From a virus (Duplodnaviria; Caudoviricetes), in IMG/VR virus record IMGVR_UViG_3300034160_000067, positions 1 to 55,232 of that record: a DNA stretch of 55,232 bases. The stretch is one strand, 5' to 3'. This document shows, in pieces, positions 43,049-51,932 of this stretch. Made by a program: the position numbers and the translations under genes. Position 1 is the stretch's first letter. Every line of letters starts with the position of its first letter. The notes under the pieces are model-generated. The model ran no database searches. It was given only the letters and a program-made list of their open reading frames with translations, and was not told the origin of the DNA.

Positions 43049-44065
43049 ATGGGAACCATCGTAGCGCGCGGCGCCCGCTGGCGCGCCGTAGTTCGCAAGC
43101 GCGGCATCGTGCGGACCAAGAGCTTCTCGAAAGTCGCGGCCGCTCGGCGGTGGATCAACGAGACGGAACTGGGGATCGATGCGCAGGCCGACAAGGGCCG
43201 CGCCGTCACGCTCGGTTGGGTCCTCGACAAGTACCGGACCGACATCGTCGAGGCTCGGGTCTACCAGACCAAGACGCACTTCCACCTGCGCGCTCTCGCG
43301 CAGAAGCTGCGCAATGAGTTCGTCGGTGATTGCACTGCCGAGTGGTGGGTCAGCTTCGCGCGTGGGCTCACCTGCGCCCCCCAGAGCCGTCGGCGGTACC
43401 TGTCGCTGCTCTCCAGTGCCCTGCGCACCGCGGAAGCCCTGTGGGACGTTCCGGTCGACTGGCCGGCTTACCGCAAAGGTGCCAACCAGATTCGGCAGCT
43501 GCAGCTCGCACACCTCGGCCGCCCACGAGACCGTCGCCCGACCAGCGCTGAACTGGAGTCGATCTGCTCCTTCCCCGACACCACGCTGCCGCTGGCCGAC
43601 ATCGTTCGATTCGCCGTCGCGAGCGCCATGCGCGCCGCGGAGATCGGCCGCCTTCGGTGGGAGGATCTCGACGACAAACATCGGACCATCGTCGTGCGTG
43701 ACCGCAAGCATCCGTCGAAGAAAGTTGGTAACCACTGGACCGTACCGCTGCTCGAAGGCAGCTACGAAATCCTGAAAAGGCAGGAAGCCGTCGACCTGCG
43801 CATCTTTCCGGTCAAGTCGGATTCGATACTCGCGGCCTTCCGCCGTGCCTGCCTCGCCAGCGGGATCGTCAATCTGCACTTCCACGATCTCCGACACGAG
43901 GCGATATCCCGCCTGTTCGAGCGGGGGTACTCGATCCAAGAGGTCAGCCTCGTGAGCGGCCACACCAACTGGTCGAGCCTGCGCATCTACACCCAGATCA
44001 GGCCCGAGAGTCTTCATGCCGGGCCTCTGGCCCATCGCACTGGTGAGCGATCAACCATTGGTTGA
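43049..44065 (+). CDS. int: Tyrosine integrase
   Basis: N-terminal arm-binding domain; catalytic AMRAAE (R), K, HDLRH, SGH, IYT (Y). Confidence 0.95.
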   Translation: MGTIVARGARWRAVVRKRGIVRTKSFSKVAAARRWINETELGIDAQADKGRAVTLGWVLDKYRTDIVEARVYQTKTHFHLRALAQKLRNEFVGDCTAEWWVSFARGLTCAPQSRRRYLSLLSSALRTAEALWDVPVDWPAYRKGANQIRQLQLAHLGRPRDRRPTSAELESICSFPDTTLPLADIVRFAVASAMRAAEIGRLRWEDLDDKHRTIVVRDRKHPSKKVGNHWTVPLLEGSYEILKRQEAVDLRIFPVKSDSILAAFRRACLASGIVNLHFHDLRHEAISRLFERGYSIQEVSLVSGHTNWSSLRIYTQIRPESLHAGPLAHRTGERSTIG

Positions 44066-44272
44066 TTCTCGGAGCTGCTTCAAGCCCTCTTCGCGCTTCA
44101 GGCGGAAGAACTCGTCGACGACCACCTTGTCGACGACCCAGCGACTCGCCAGCTTGAACGCGGGCACCGGAAAGGTGCCCGCGGCCAGCATGTTGCGCGC
44201 CGAGTTGAGCTTCAGCCCCAGCTTCGGGGCGGCCTCGGCGAGCGTGAAAAACGACCGATCGATCTGCGTCAT
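44051..44272 (-). CDS. Excisionase-like winged-HTH protein
   Basis: TLAEAAPKLGL....RN....GTFPVPAFKLASRW; convergent with int. Confidence 0.75.
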   Translation of the reverse strand: MTQIDRSFFTLAEAAPKLGLKLNSARNMLAAGTFPVPAFKLASRWVVDKVVVDEFFRLKREEGLKQLRESTNG

Positions 44273-44934
44273 ACGAGTTCTCCCACCCCACTGATTCTTT
44301 CGATCTCATCCTTGCCCGCGAAATACGCGCTCGCTTTCTGGATGACGCGCAGCACCCACCCGCCCGCGCGCTTCTCCTTGTGCCGGTCGATGACGTCGCG
44401 GCGCAGGTTGAGCATGTGGATCTTGGTGCTGCCCGCGAAGACGATGCCGAGGTTCCGTACCTGCTCGTACTCACGCGGCAACGCGAACTCCAGCTCGCCG
44501 GGCTCCGTCGGGCGCGCGAGCGCGACATGCACCGCGATCTGGTCGCCGTCGCTGATCATGTAGTAGTCGACGAAGTCCTTGCGCGGGTCGTCCTCGCCCG
44601 GGCGCGCGCACGAGCCGCCGCTCAGCATCGACATGCCGAGCGCGAGGTACACGACCCCTTCGGCCTTCTTCGTGAGGACGCGCTTCTCGGACGCGTTGAC
44701 GATCGGATCCACGCCGTAGCTCAGCCACGCCGGGTCGACGTTGAGGATGCGCGCCAGCTCCACCAGCAATCGAATGCGCGGCCGGGCCTCGCCCGAGAAC
44801 CACTTGCGCACCGCTTCCTGCGACACCTTCAGCTTGCGCGCGAAAAAGACCTGCCTTCCCTGACCGTGCGGAGGCACGGTACCCAGATCGTCACAGGCGG
44901 CGTTGAGGCGCTGCGCGAAATCTCTGTAGTCCAT
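44269..44934 (-). CDS. XRE-family HTH regulator (repressor candidate) with an uncharacterised C-terminal domain
   Basis: FAQRLNAACD, GRQ, VSQEAVRKWFSGEARP, LNVDPAWLSYG; GGGAGG RBS. Confidence 0.88.
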   Translation of the reverse strand: MDYRDFAQRLNAACDDLGTVPPHGQGRQVFFARKLKVSQEAVRKWFSGEARPRIRLLVELARILNVDPAWLSYGVDPIVNASEKRVLTKKAEGVVYLALGMSMLSGGSCARPGEDDPRKDFVDYYMISDGDQIAVHVALARPTEPGELEFALPREYEQVRNLGIVFAGSTKIHMLNLRRDVIDRHKEKRAGGWVLRVIQKASAYFAGKDEIERISGVGELV

Positions 44935-44973
44935 GATGCCCCTCCCGGTGGCGATGCCACCATTAGGCATACA

Positions 44974-45003
44974 TTACTACCAAAAGTTGTGGGCCTCTGT
45001 CAA
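44974..45003 (-). promoter_or_regulatory. Promoter of the HTH regulator gene
   Basis: TTGACA-18-TAGTAA with operator-like CTACCAAAAGTTG (44977-44989) in the spacer. Confidence 0.65.
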
Positions 45004-46523
45004 CTAGGGTTACGCCGAAGCGACTGAAGATAATCAAACACCATTCTTTGCCCAACATCCTTCTGGTTCGTGTCCTCCATGACGTACTCGTCGATCGTGC
45101 CCGTCGCGATCAGGTGATCGATGTAGGTCGGACCGAGCCCGATCGCGCGCGCCCCGGACAGACGAGCGTTGGCCTGCAGATATAGCTCCAGATCGAACGT
45201 GGGGCCGTACCAGAGGATCCGGCGGCCGCCGTGCTGCAGGTTAAGGCCGTGGCCTGCCGAGCCCGGGTGGGCCAGCAGGAGCGGAATCTTGCCCGCATTC
45301 CAGTCATCGATCAGGTGCTCCGCCCCCGCGCGCAGGCGCGCCGCGTTCGGGAAGCGCTTCTGGATGGCGGCGAGGTCATGCTGGAACCAGTAGAAGCACA
45401 GGACGTTCTCGCCCTCGCGCGACTCCAGATATTCTTCGAGTGCATCCACCTTGCGGTCGTGGAAGACCCGGGGCGTCTTCTCGGCATCGTAGACCCGCCC
45501 GTTCGCAAGCTGCATCAACTTCCCGGTGAGCACGCCGGCCGAGACGGCTTCGATCTCGGCGCCGTCGATCTCCGTCGCGAACTTCACCGACATCTCGTTG
45601 TAGATCGACATCTCCGCGTCGTCGAGCTGCACCGGGATGCGGGTGTAGATCGTCTCGGGCAGGTCGAGGTAGTCCTTGCCGCGCTGGACCATGACGATGT
45701 CGCTGACCAGATCGAGCACGGCCTCCATCGCGCCGGGCTTGGGCTTGAAGTTCCAGCCGTTGTAGTCGCTGGTGAAGTAGCGCTCGCGATAGGCCGTCAG
45801 CGTGCGCCCGAGGCGCTGGCCGCCATCGAGCAGGTACACGGGCCCCCAGAGATTGATCAGCCCCTTCGGTGTCGGCGTGCCCGTCAGCTGCACCATGCGG
45901 CGCGTGAGTGGCATCACCCGCCGCAGCGCGCGCCACACGAGCGCCTTGCGGTTGTTCTTCAGGCCGATCGAGGCCTCGTCGTACACGAGCGCATCGTAGG
46001 GCCAGTACTTGCCCCAGAAGTGAATCAGGTACGCGAGGTTCTGCCAGTTGATCACGCTGATGTCGAGAGGCCGGCCCGCGACGCGCCCGCCCCACGACAG
46101 CGCGCGCTTCGCCCGCTTCAGTTCCTTGGTCAGCGCGCGCGCAGTCTTCGGATCCTCCGCCGCAGCGATCTGCTCGCCGAGCGACTCGATCTTCCCGCGC
46201 CAGTACCGCAGGCGCCGCTCCGCGGGCTCGTAGGGCTCGCGCGCGTGCGCCGCTTCCTCGCGCAGCACCTCGAACTTCAAGCTGCGCGCGTGGGCCCACG
46301 TCCGCAGCTCGTCGGGCCACGTCTTCACCGCGACCGCGAGAGGCGCGACCACGAGCACGTAGCTCACGTCGAAGTCGTCAAATAAGTCGACAAGGGCGGT
46401 GATCGTTGCCCCCGATTTTCCGAGACCCATGTCGGCCCAGATCGCGCACTTCGGCGTCTTCTTGATGAACGGAACCGCTTCCTGCTGGCAGACGCGCAGG
46501 TCGCTTCTAGTCAAAGAGCGCAT
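45000..46523 (-). CDS. SNF2-family helicase
   Basis: DMGLGKS, VVAPL, YDEAS, LTGTP, HPGSAGHGLNLQ, QANARL. Confidence 0.93.
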   Translation of the reverse strand: MRSLTRSDLRVCQQEAVPFIKKTPKCAIWADMGLGKSGATITALVDLFDDFDVSYVLVVAPLAVAVKTWPDELRTWAHARSLKFEVLREEAAHAREPYEPAERRLRYWRGKIESLGEQIAAAEDPKTARALTKELKRAKRALSWGGRVAGRPLDISVINWQNLAYLIHFWGKYWPYDALVYDEASIGLKNNRKALVWRALRRVMPLTRRMVQLTGTPTPKGLINLWGPVYLLDGGQRLGRTLTAYRERYFTSDYNGWNFKPKPGAMEAVLDLVSDIVMVQRGKDYLDLPETIYTRIPVQLDDAEMSIYNEMSVKFATEIDGAEIEAVSAGVLTGKLMQLANGRVYDAEKTPRVFHDRKVDALEEYLESREGENVLCFYWFQHDLAAIQKRFPNAARLRAGAEHLIDDWNAGKIPLLLAHPGSAGHGLNLQHGGRRILWYGPTFDLELYLQANARLSGARAIGLGPTYIDHLIATGTIDEYVMEDTNQKDVGQRMVFDYLQSLRRNPS

Positions 46524-46791
46524 AGCCCAACTCGACATCGTCGACGACATAGACCTCGAAGCCTTGCGCCCGCAGCTTGTTGTGCTTGCGCTCTTGATGC
46601 GCCTCGGGCTCTTTTGCCGGGCGCTTGAATTCAACGTAGATGACGCGGATCCGGTCCTCGATCATGCGGACGAAGATGTGGTCGGGCACGCCGAGGTTCG
46701 CGCGCGGATCGAGCCGATGCACGTTCCACCCGCGCAGGCGCGCTCGCGCGGTGACCTTCGATTGGATCGGGGCTTCGACGTCGCGGAACAT
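46507..46791 (-). CDS. VRR-NUC domain nuclease
   Basis: GVPD...VEFKRP, Q...H..LRAQGFEVYVVD. Confidence 0.92.
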   Translation of the reverse strand: MFRDVEAPIQSKVTARARLRGWNVHRLDPRANLGVPDHIFVRMIEDRIRVIYVEFKRPAKEPEAHQERKHNKLRAQGFEVYVVDDVELGYALFD

Positions 46792-48851
46792 CAGTCCTTC
46801 CGGTAGTAGTAGGTAGAGAAGCCCGCGGCGTCGAGAGGCAGATCCTCTGCCCACTCCGGTTTGTCGATCATCGCTTCGCGCAGGCGCGCGAGACTGAGCC
46901 GGGAATCGTAGGGGGTCTCGGTGACAATTTCGTCGTGCGCGTGCAGGATCGTCTCGAACCCGGCGAGTTCTGCATTCGTGAGCCCGCATCGCAGGATGTC
47001 GTTGGCGACGGCCTGCGTGACGTTCTCCGCAAGCTTCCCACCGTGCGTCGCCTGCCGTCCCCAGACCTTGTGGGTGCCGTCGTCTTCCATGCCCTCGAAG
47101 GTCATCATCCACTTCTGCTTCGGCGGAGGCGGCTCCTCGCCGGGATTCTTCGGCGGCAACTTGATCGTGCGCAGCTCCATCTTCGGGCGCAGGTAGTGCA
47201 GGCGCCGGCCGCTGGGCAGCTCGATCCGCATGAATGGGTCGAGGCGATCGAACTTCAGCTTGCCGACCATGACCTCCTTCGCACTGCCGGTGATCACCTG
47301 CTTCGCGGCGTTTTCGAGCGCGTACCAGAACTCGACGATCTCGGGATAGGACTCGCGGAACACGCGAACCGATTCGATGGCCTGCTCCTGCGTCATCTCG
47401 ATGCCCATGTTGGCCGCGTAGCCCCAGAGCCCGGTTTTCTTGATGTCACCGGTTTTCTGATCGAGCACGAGCGCGCCGCCGGAGAGGCGGAAGCCGCAGC
47501 CGAGCACCGCGGGCTTACTGAGCGTGCGCTGGTCCTTGGTGATCTCTTCGTAGGGAATGCCAAACATTCGAGTGCCGAATGCTTTGTAGACGTCGAGCCC
47601 CTGACGGAAGACCGCCAGCAGCGAGTCGCATCCCGCGAGCCACGCAACGACCCGCGACTCGATGGCCGCAAGATCGCAGACGTGCAGGATGTTCCTGACG
47701 GTCGCGCGCACGCTGCCGCGGATGACACCCGAGAGCGCCGACATCACGTCACCGAATTCGAGTTCGAGCGTCTCGTAGTCGCCCGCATGCACGAGATCGA
47801 TGATGGTCTCGAAGTGCTTCTCGAAGCGCTTCTGCGGCTTCGCGAGGTTCTGGAACTGTGGCCCCCGGCCGGCACTGCGCCCAGTACGCGAAGCACCACT
47901 GAACTGGAACAGGTAACGCAGCCGGTCGTCCTCAACCATCCGGTCGTCGATCGCGATGTACTTCGCAACGGACGTGCGCTTGAGCTGCGCGCGGATCAGC
48001 AAGGCCTCGCGCGCCTCGTCGGTGATCAACACATCTTCGAGGGCAGTCGCGACCGACTGCTTGCGCATGTCGCCGAAGGCGTAGCCGCGATCGCGAACCC
48101 ACGGGCCGAACTGCGTGTCGCTGTTGGGGTTGTCGAGGCCGGTGATGCCCGAGAGGCGCTGGCGCAGGCGCTCCATCTCCGTGTCGACCATCACGCGCGC
48201 GTTCGCGACGAACTGACGGTCGATCGGCACGCCGCGCTCATTGATGCGCTGGTCCGTGAACCACTCTTCCCACTCGCGGTCGAGCACGGGATATTTCGAG
48301 AGCCGCTCTTCCCACACGAAGCGCTCGGCCTCGACGTCGCGGCGGTTGTAGTGTCGGAACTGGGCCCACTCTTCGGGCCTCTCCTCAGGGGACCAGAACA
48401 GGCCGTGGACCTTCTTGCCCGTGCGCGGCTTGCAGAACACGTTGATCAGGTTCTTGCCGCCCTGCTGCTTCGCGAACTCGTCGGGCAGCTTCAGCACGGT
48501 GCCGAGATCGGCGAGCGCGCCGGGCAGGCCGAGCATGTAGGCGAGCGCCATCGTGCAGCGGTATTTCTCGATCGGCGTCTCGATCCCGCAGACGTTCTTC
48601 AGGATCGCGCGCTCGAACTGCGCGTTGTGCGCCCAGCACTGCACGTCGGGCGCGAGCACGAGATCGAACAGCTCCTGCAGCGGGGTGCTGAAGTCCGGGT
48701 CGCTGTAGTCGTACTGCTGAACGGGGCCGTCGTCGATCGCCCACGCCGCGAGGATGATCTGGGTCGATGAGTGGCGCGAGTAGTAGTCCGTGCCCAGCTT
48801 GATGTCGGCCTTCGAGCGCGTCTCGAAGTCGAAGTGCAGGTGGCGCTTCAC
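46791..48851 (-). CDS. DNA polymerase family A with 3'-5' exonuclease
   Basis: DFET, AHNAQFER, TGR, DLAAIESR (motif A), KPAVLGCGF (motif B), HAHDE (motif C); GTG start with AGGAG. Confidence 0.95.
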   Translation of the reverse strand: MKRHLHFDFETRSKADIKLGTDYYSRHSSTQIILAAWAIDDGPVQQYDYSDPDFSTPLQELFDLVLAPDVQCWAHNAQFERAILKNVCGIETPIEKYRCTMALAYMLGLPGALADLGTVLKLPDEFAKQQGGKNLINVFCKPRTGKKVHGLFWSPEERPEEWAQFRHYNRRDVEAERFVWEERLSKYPVLDREWEEWFTDQRINERGVPIDRQFVANARVMVDTEMERLRQRLSGITGLDNPNSDTQFGPWVRDRGYAFGDMRKQSVATALEDVLITDEAREALLIRAQLKRTSVAKYIAIDDRMVEDDRLRYLFQFSGASRTGRSAGRGPQFQNLAKPQKRFEKHFETIIDLVHAGDYETLELEFGDVMSALSGVIRGSVRATVRNILHVCDLAAIESRVVAWLAGCDSLLAVFRQGLDVYKAFGTRMFGIPYEEITKDQRTLSKPAVLGCGFRLSGGALVLDQKTGDIKKTGLWGYAANMGIEMTQEQAIESVRVFRESYPEIVEFWYALENAAKQVITGSAKEVMVGKLKFDRLDPFMRIELPSGRRLHYLRPKMELRTIKLPPKNPGEEPPPPKQKWMMTFEGMEDDGTHKVWGRQATHGGKLAENVTQAVANDILRCGLTNAELAGFETILHAHDEIVTETPYDSRLSLARLREAMIDKPEWAEDLPLDAAGFSTYYYRKD

Positions 48852-49096
48852 CGCGCCCAGCTCCTGCGCGCGGTAGCGCGCCCTAGCCGAGGCAGCCGGG
48901 TCCGGGGCGGAGGCCTGTACCCAGCCGCGCGCGCCTCTTTCTCCGCGGTAGCCACGACGGCATAACATTTCCCGAACCAGTTTTGAGGGTGAACCACCGA
49001 GACGGTGATGTCGCCGCACGTGAGACAGCGGTTGCCGTCGTGCAGCGTGTCGACTCCGCAACCGCTGCAGGGTGCATTGACCAGTCGAGTTCTCAT
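48848..49096 (-). CDS. Small zinc-ribbon protein
   Basis: GAGG RBS; CSGC...CLTC; GTGA overlap with the pol start. Confidence 0.65.
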   Translation of the reverse strand: MRTRLVNAPCSGCGVDTLHDGNRCLTCGDITVSVVHPQNWFGKCYAVVATAEKEARAAGYRPPPRTRLPRLGRATARRSWAR

Positions 49097-49116
49097 TTCG
49101 CTATTCCTCTAACGTC

Positions 49117-49150
49117 GCCGGGCGCCCCGAGAGGGGGTGGGGCGCCCGGC
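49117..49150. other. Perfect 12-bp stem hairpin, intergenic
   Basis: GCCGGGCGCCCC-10nt-GGGGCGCCCGGC between SSB and pol genes. Confidence 0.7.
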
Positions 49151-49224
49151 TACGAGTGGCCCCGGAGATGACAGACCGAGGAGGGCCGCCACCACCGAGG
49201 ATACGCTGCTCAACCAAAGGTTGA

Positions 49225-49794
49225 CTAGAGGTCGTCACCTTCAGCATCGAAGTCATCGAACTCCGAGTCCGTCACGACCGAGCCGAACGGATCGCCGTAG
49301 CCCAGCGTCATCACCGCACGCACCGAACAACGCACGCCCTTGCCGTACTTGTTGTCCTGCGCGTAGAAGTTGATGGTCGCGTTCACGTACACGCCGCCGT
49401 AGATGCGCGGGTCGCTGTTCGCCAGCTCGTTGCGGTCCTTGTCGATCAGCAGCGGCTGCTTCGACGACTTGCCGCGCACGAAGTACATGCCGACGTAGCC
49501 GGTGTAGGGCTCGCCCGTCTGCTGGCTCACGCAGTCGTTGCCGTTGCCGTGGCAGTCGATCGGCTTCATGCCCTTCGGCGCCGCACCCCACGTCTCGGTG
49601 ATGATGCGCTGGCACTCCGCGTCGATCTCCTTGATCGCCGCCGCGTGCTTCGGGTTCTTCGGGTCGAGCAGGAACGTCGCGCCGTACTTGGGTTCCTGTC
49701 CTTCCTGAAACGCCTTCGCCTCGTAGAGGTCGGGGAACGAGAGCCGCACCGCAGGCAGCTTCACGACCTTGCCAATTACCTTTGATTTCGCCAT
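49225..49794 (-). CDS. ssDNA-binding protein (DUF2815, T7 gp2.5-like)
   Basis: VRLSFPDL, IYGGVYVNA, acidic tail DSEFDDFDAEGDDL. Confidence 0.92.
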   Translation of the reverse strand: MAKSKVIGKVVKLPAVRLSFPDLYEAKAFQEGQEPKYGATFLLDPKNPKHAAAIKEIDAECQRIITETWGAAPKGMKPIDCHGNGNDCVSQQTGEPYTGYVGMYFVRGKSSKQPLLIDKDRNELANSDPRIYGGVYVNATINFYAQDNKYGKGVRCSVRAVMTLGYGDPFGSVVTDSEFDDFDAEGDDL

Positions 49795-49795
49795 G

Positions 49796-51016
49796 TCAAT
49801 CGTCTCCGTCAGTGGTGGTTTCAAAATTATCGAACTCTGCCGTCAGCCCACTCAGTGCCTCGCGCGTGTCCGATTCCGGCGCGAGCGTGGGTTTGCCGCG
49901 AGGCTTGACGATGTGATCCGTCAGCACCTTCTTGGCCTTTTTCAACTTCTTCTCTGCGACCGCAGGTGAGATCACCTCGCGCGGCTCGTAGATCTGTTCA
50001 TCGCTGAGCCCGGCGCCAATCAGCACCGCGGGCACCGCCTTCTCATCCTTCCATTCACGATTCGACTTGCCCTCGACCAGCTTCCAACCGGGTATGGCCC
50101 GGCCCTTCATCAGCGAGTCGATCGCGACCGATTCAAGCTTCGTGAGCCAGTTCTTCACGAGCCCGCGCTTGTCGAGCGACTCCGCCAGCTCGGTGAGGGG
50201 CGCCTGTTCGACGGCGACTTCATCGAACCCGTCAAACTCGCCGCCGACGGTCGCGAGCACCTCGGCCCTCTCGTGCGCGCAGCGCCCCGAGACCGGGCAG
50301 AACCGACACGCCTTCTCGCTGGCGTTGAACTCCGGTGCGCCGCCGAGCGCGTTGAGCATGCGATCGTAGGCCTCGGCGCCGAACCCCAGCAGATCGAGCG
50401 CCGTGCATTCCCACACGTCGTTGTGGTCGAGCCTCGGCTGGCCGACACGGATCACGACCTTGTCGATGTCGTACGCCCATCGCCACTCGTAGTAGAAGCC
50501 GAGCGCATACGCCATCAACTGCTCGTTCTTCTGCGCCCAGACCTGCTCGCCCTTGCCGTACTTCAGGTCGGTGATCGTGAGCGTCGTGCCGTGGATCGCC
50601 GCATGGTCGGCCGTGCCGAACTGGTGCGGGATCGGCATGAAGTCGCCGATCGACACCTTCGTCTCGATAAAGTGCCGGCCGGGCAGCTCACGGCACCAGT
50701 CGAGATAGGCCTGAATGTTCAGGACCATCTCTTCGTCGACGGTAAATGGGTACGAGTGCCCGCCCTTCTCCAGCACGAGCATCTCGCCGAGGAACATCGC
50801 CGCGTCGCAGTCCGCGGCGAAGCAGCGCTCGGCGAGGTAGTGCGCCTGCGAGCCTTCGAGCGCGTACGACGTCTGCTTGCCGAACAGCTGCAGTTCGTGC
50901 GACAGGCTCAGCGACCCCGGGCAGCGCATCAGCCGCGGCAGGCTCGACGGCCCGAGCAACGCATGCCCGCTCTTCGCGCGCTCCTCCGCGAGTGCGGGCC
51001 AGTCGAAGTACGCCAT
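49796..51016 (-). CDS. DUF2800 PD-(D/E)XK (Cas4-like) exonuclease
   Basis: HALLGPSS..R...CPGS, FGTAD, DLKYGKG, QLMAYALG, CRFC, GWKLVEGKSNR. Confidence 0.93.
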   Translation of the reverse strand: MAYFDWPALAEERAKSGHALLGPSSLPRLMRCPGSLSLSHELQLFGKQTSYALEGSQAHYLAERCFAADCDAAMFLGEMLVLEKGGHSYPFTVDEEMVLNIQAYLDWCRELPGRHFIETKVSIGDFMPIPHQFGTADHAAIHGTTLTITDLKYGKGEQVWAQKNEQLMAYALGFYYEWRWAYDIDKVVIRVGQPRLDHNDVWECTALDLLGFGAEAYDRMLNALGGAPEFNASEKACRFCPVSGRCAHERAEVLATVGGEFDGFDEVAVEQAPLTELAESLDKRGLVKNWLTKLESVAIDSLMKGRAIPGWKLVEGKSNREWKDEKAVPAVLIGAGLSDEQIYEPREVISPAVAEKKLKKAKKVLTDHIVKPRGKPTLAPESDTREALSGLTAEFDNFETTTDGDD

Positions 51017-51219
51017 CAGATGTACCCGAGCACGACGCCCAGCGGCGGGAAGAAGATCCCGAGCACCCGCAGCAGGAACTGCGCGGTGACCGGGTCATCC
51101 CACATGTGAACAACCCGGAACAGGTTCGCGAACCAGCCGTAGCCGCTCGCGCCAATCAGCACGAGACTCGCCAGAATGTAGCCCGCGTTGAAGGACAGGC
51201 TTCGGTCTTTGGTCTTCAT
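51016..51219 (-). CDS. Small membrane protein
   Basis: GW.ANL and LRVLGIFFPPLGVVLGY; GGAG RBS. Confidence 0.75.
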   Translation of the reverse strand: MKTKDRSLSFNAGYILASLVLIGASGYGWFANLFRVVHMWDDPVTAQFLLRVLGIFFPPLGVVLGYI

Positions 51220-51222
51220 TCG

Positions 51223-51429
51223 TCATTTCTCCAGTTGGATGAACAGGGCATCGGCCGCGGCCGCCGCGATCGCCGCCTGCGTCGTATATCCGTGGGTGTG
51301 GAAATCCTCCCGGGCTGCCAGTCCCGAGAGGATCGCCACCGCCGCGTACTCACGCTTCGTGAGCCCGCTGACCACCATGGTTCGCGGGAACGCAGGCAAC
51401 TCCGCGTTGGTCGGGGTCGGCGCCGTCGC
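51223..51429 (-). CDS. Small PAFP...GLTKREY-family protein with unclear start
   Basis: ATAPTPTNAELPAFPRTMVVSGLTKREYAAVAILSGL...ADALFIQLEK, in frame directly after the TAG of the upstream gene. Confidence 0.6.
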   Translation of the reverse strand, partial: ATAPTPTNAELPAFPRTMVVSGLTKREYAAVAILSGLAAREDFHTHGYTTQAAIAAAAADALFIQLEK

Positions 51430-51909
51430 CTACTTCGACGCCTTGGCGGATGCTTCGCACGCGGCGAGGACCGACGCGAACTTCGCCGGGGGGATGCCGT
51501 CGATCGACGTCGCCCCGGTGGCGTTGCGAATCTCCAGCGCCTTCTCCCGGCTCACGTTCTCGCGAACGAAGTAGAGGGCGGCCCGGACATCGTCGAGCGT
51601 CGGAGCGTCGAGGTCATCGACAGGGGCCGGCGCCGGAGCAGCCTTTGCGGGCGCCGTCTTCGCCGCAGCGGGCTTCGCGGCGGCAGGGGAGGGCGCCGCA
51701 GCCGCCTTCACGGACTTGGCAGGGGGTTGGGTGGGACGGGCCGCTACCTCGGCGGGTTGTGGTTCGACAGCCGCAGCAGTAGCAGCGTCGGGGGTTGCGG
51801 AGGGCGCACCCGCCCCACCCAGATTCAGAGTCGCGAGGATAGCCGTATTGGCCTTCACCGCGGCAGTCAGTTCAGAAAGAGCATTCTCGATCGACATCTT
51901 CATCTCCAT
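51430..51909 (-). CDS. Ala/Pro-linker protein typical of the first position of DUF2800-DUF2815-PolA operons
   Basis: MSIENALSELTAAV N-helix, low-complexity linker, TLDDVRAAL...GATSIDGIPPAKF C-domain. Confidence 0.8.
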   Translation of the reverse strand: MEMKMSIENALSELTAAVKANTAILATLNLGGAGAPSATPDAATAAAVEPQPAEVAARPTQPPAKSVKAAAAPSPAAAKPAAAKTAPAKAAPAPAPVDDLDAPTLDDVRAALYFVRENVSREKALEIRNATGATSIDGIPPAKFASVLAACEASAKASK

Positions 51910-51932
51910 GAGGTTCGTTATCGGGTAAGGGC

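Noticed and set aside
43049-44065. Shufflon-type invertase (Rci-like) acting on tail genes
   Set aside because: No inverted fibre cassettes or inverted crossover repeats were seen; arm-type repeats and an xis-like neighbour fit an integrase better.
40220-48851. Inteins or introns in terminase, helicase or polymerase
   Set aside because: Lengths and motif spacing are ordinary; no splice-junction or homing endonuclease motifs were seen.
49796-51016. Cas4-like nuclease as evidence of a CRISPR system
   Set aside because: It is the standard DUF2800 member of the DUF2800-DUF2815-PolA replication module.
12850-51432. Genome-wide TAG reassignment
   Set aside because: Other TAG stops (12850, 46507, 49225) fall at natural protein ends, core genes are uninterrupted in the standard code, and no suppressor tRNA is seen.
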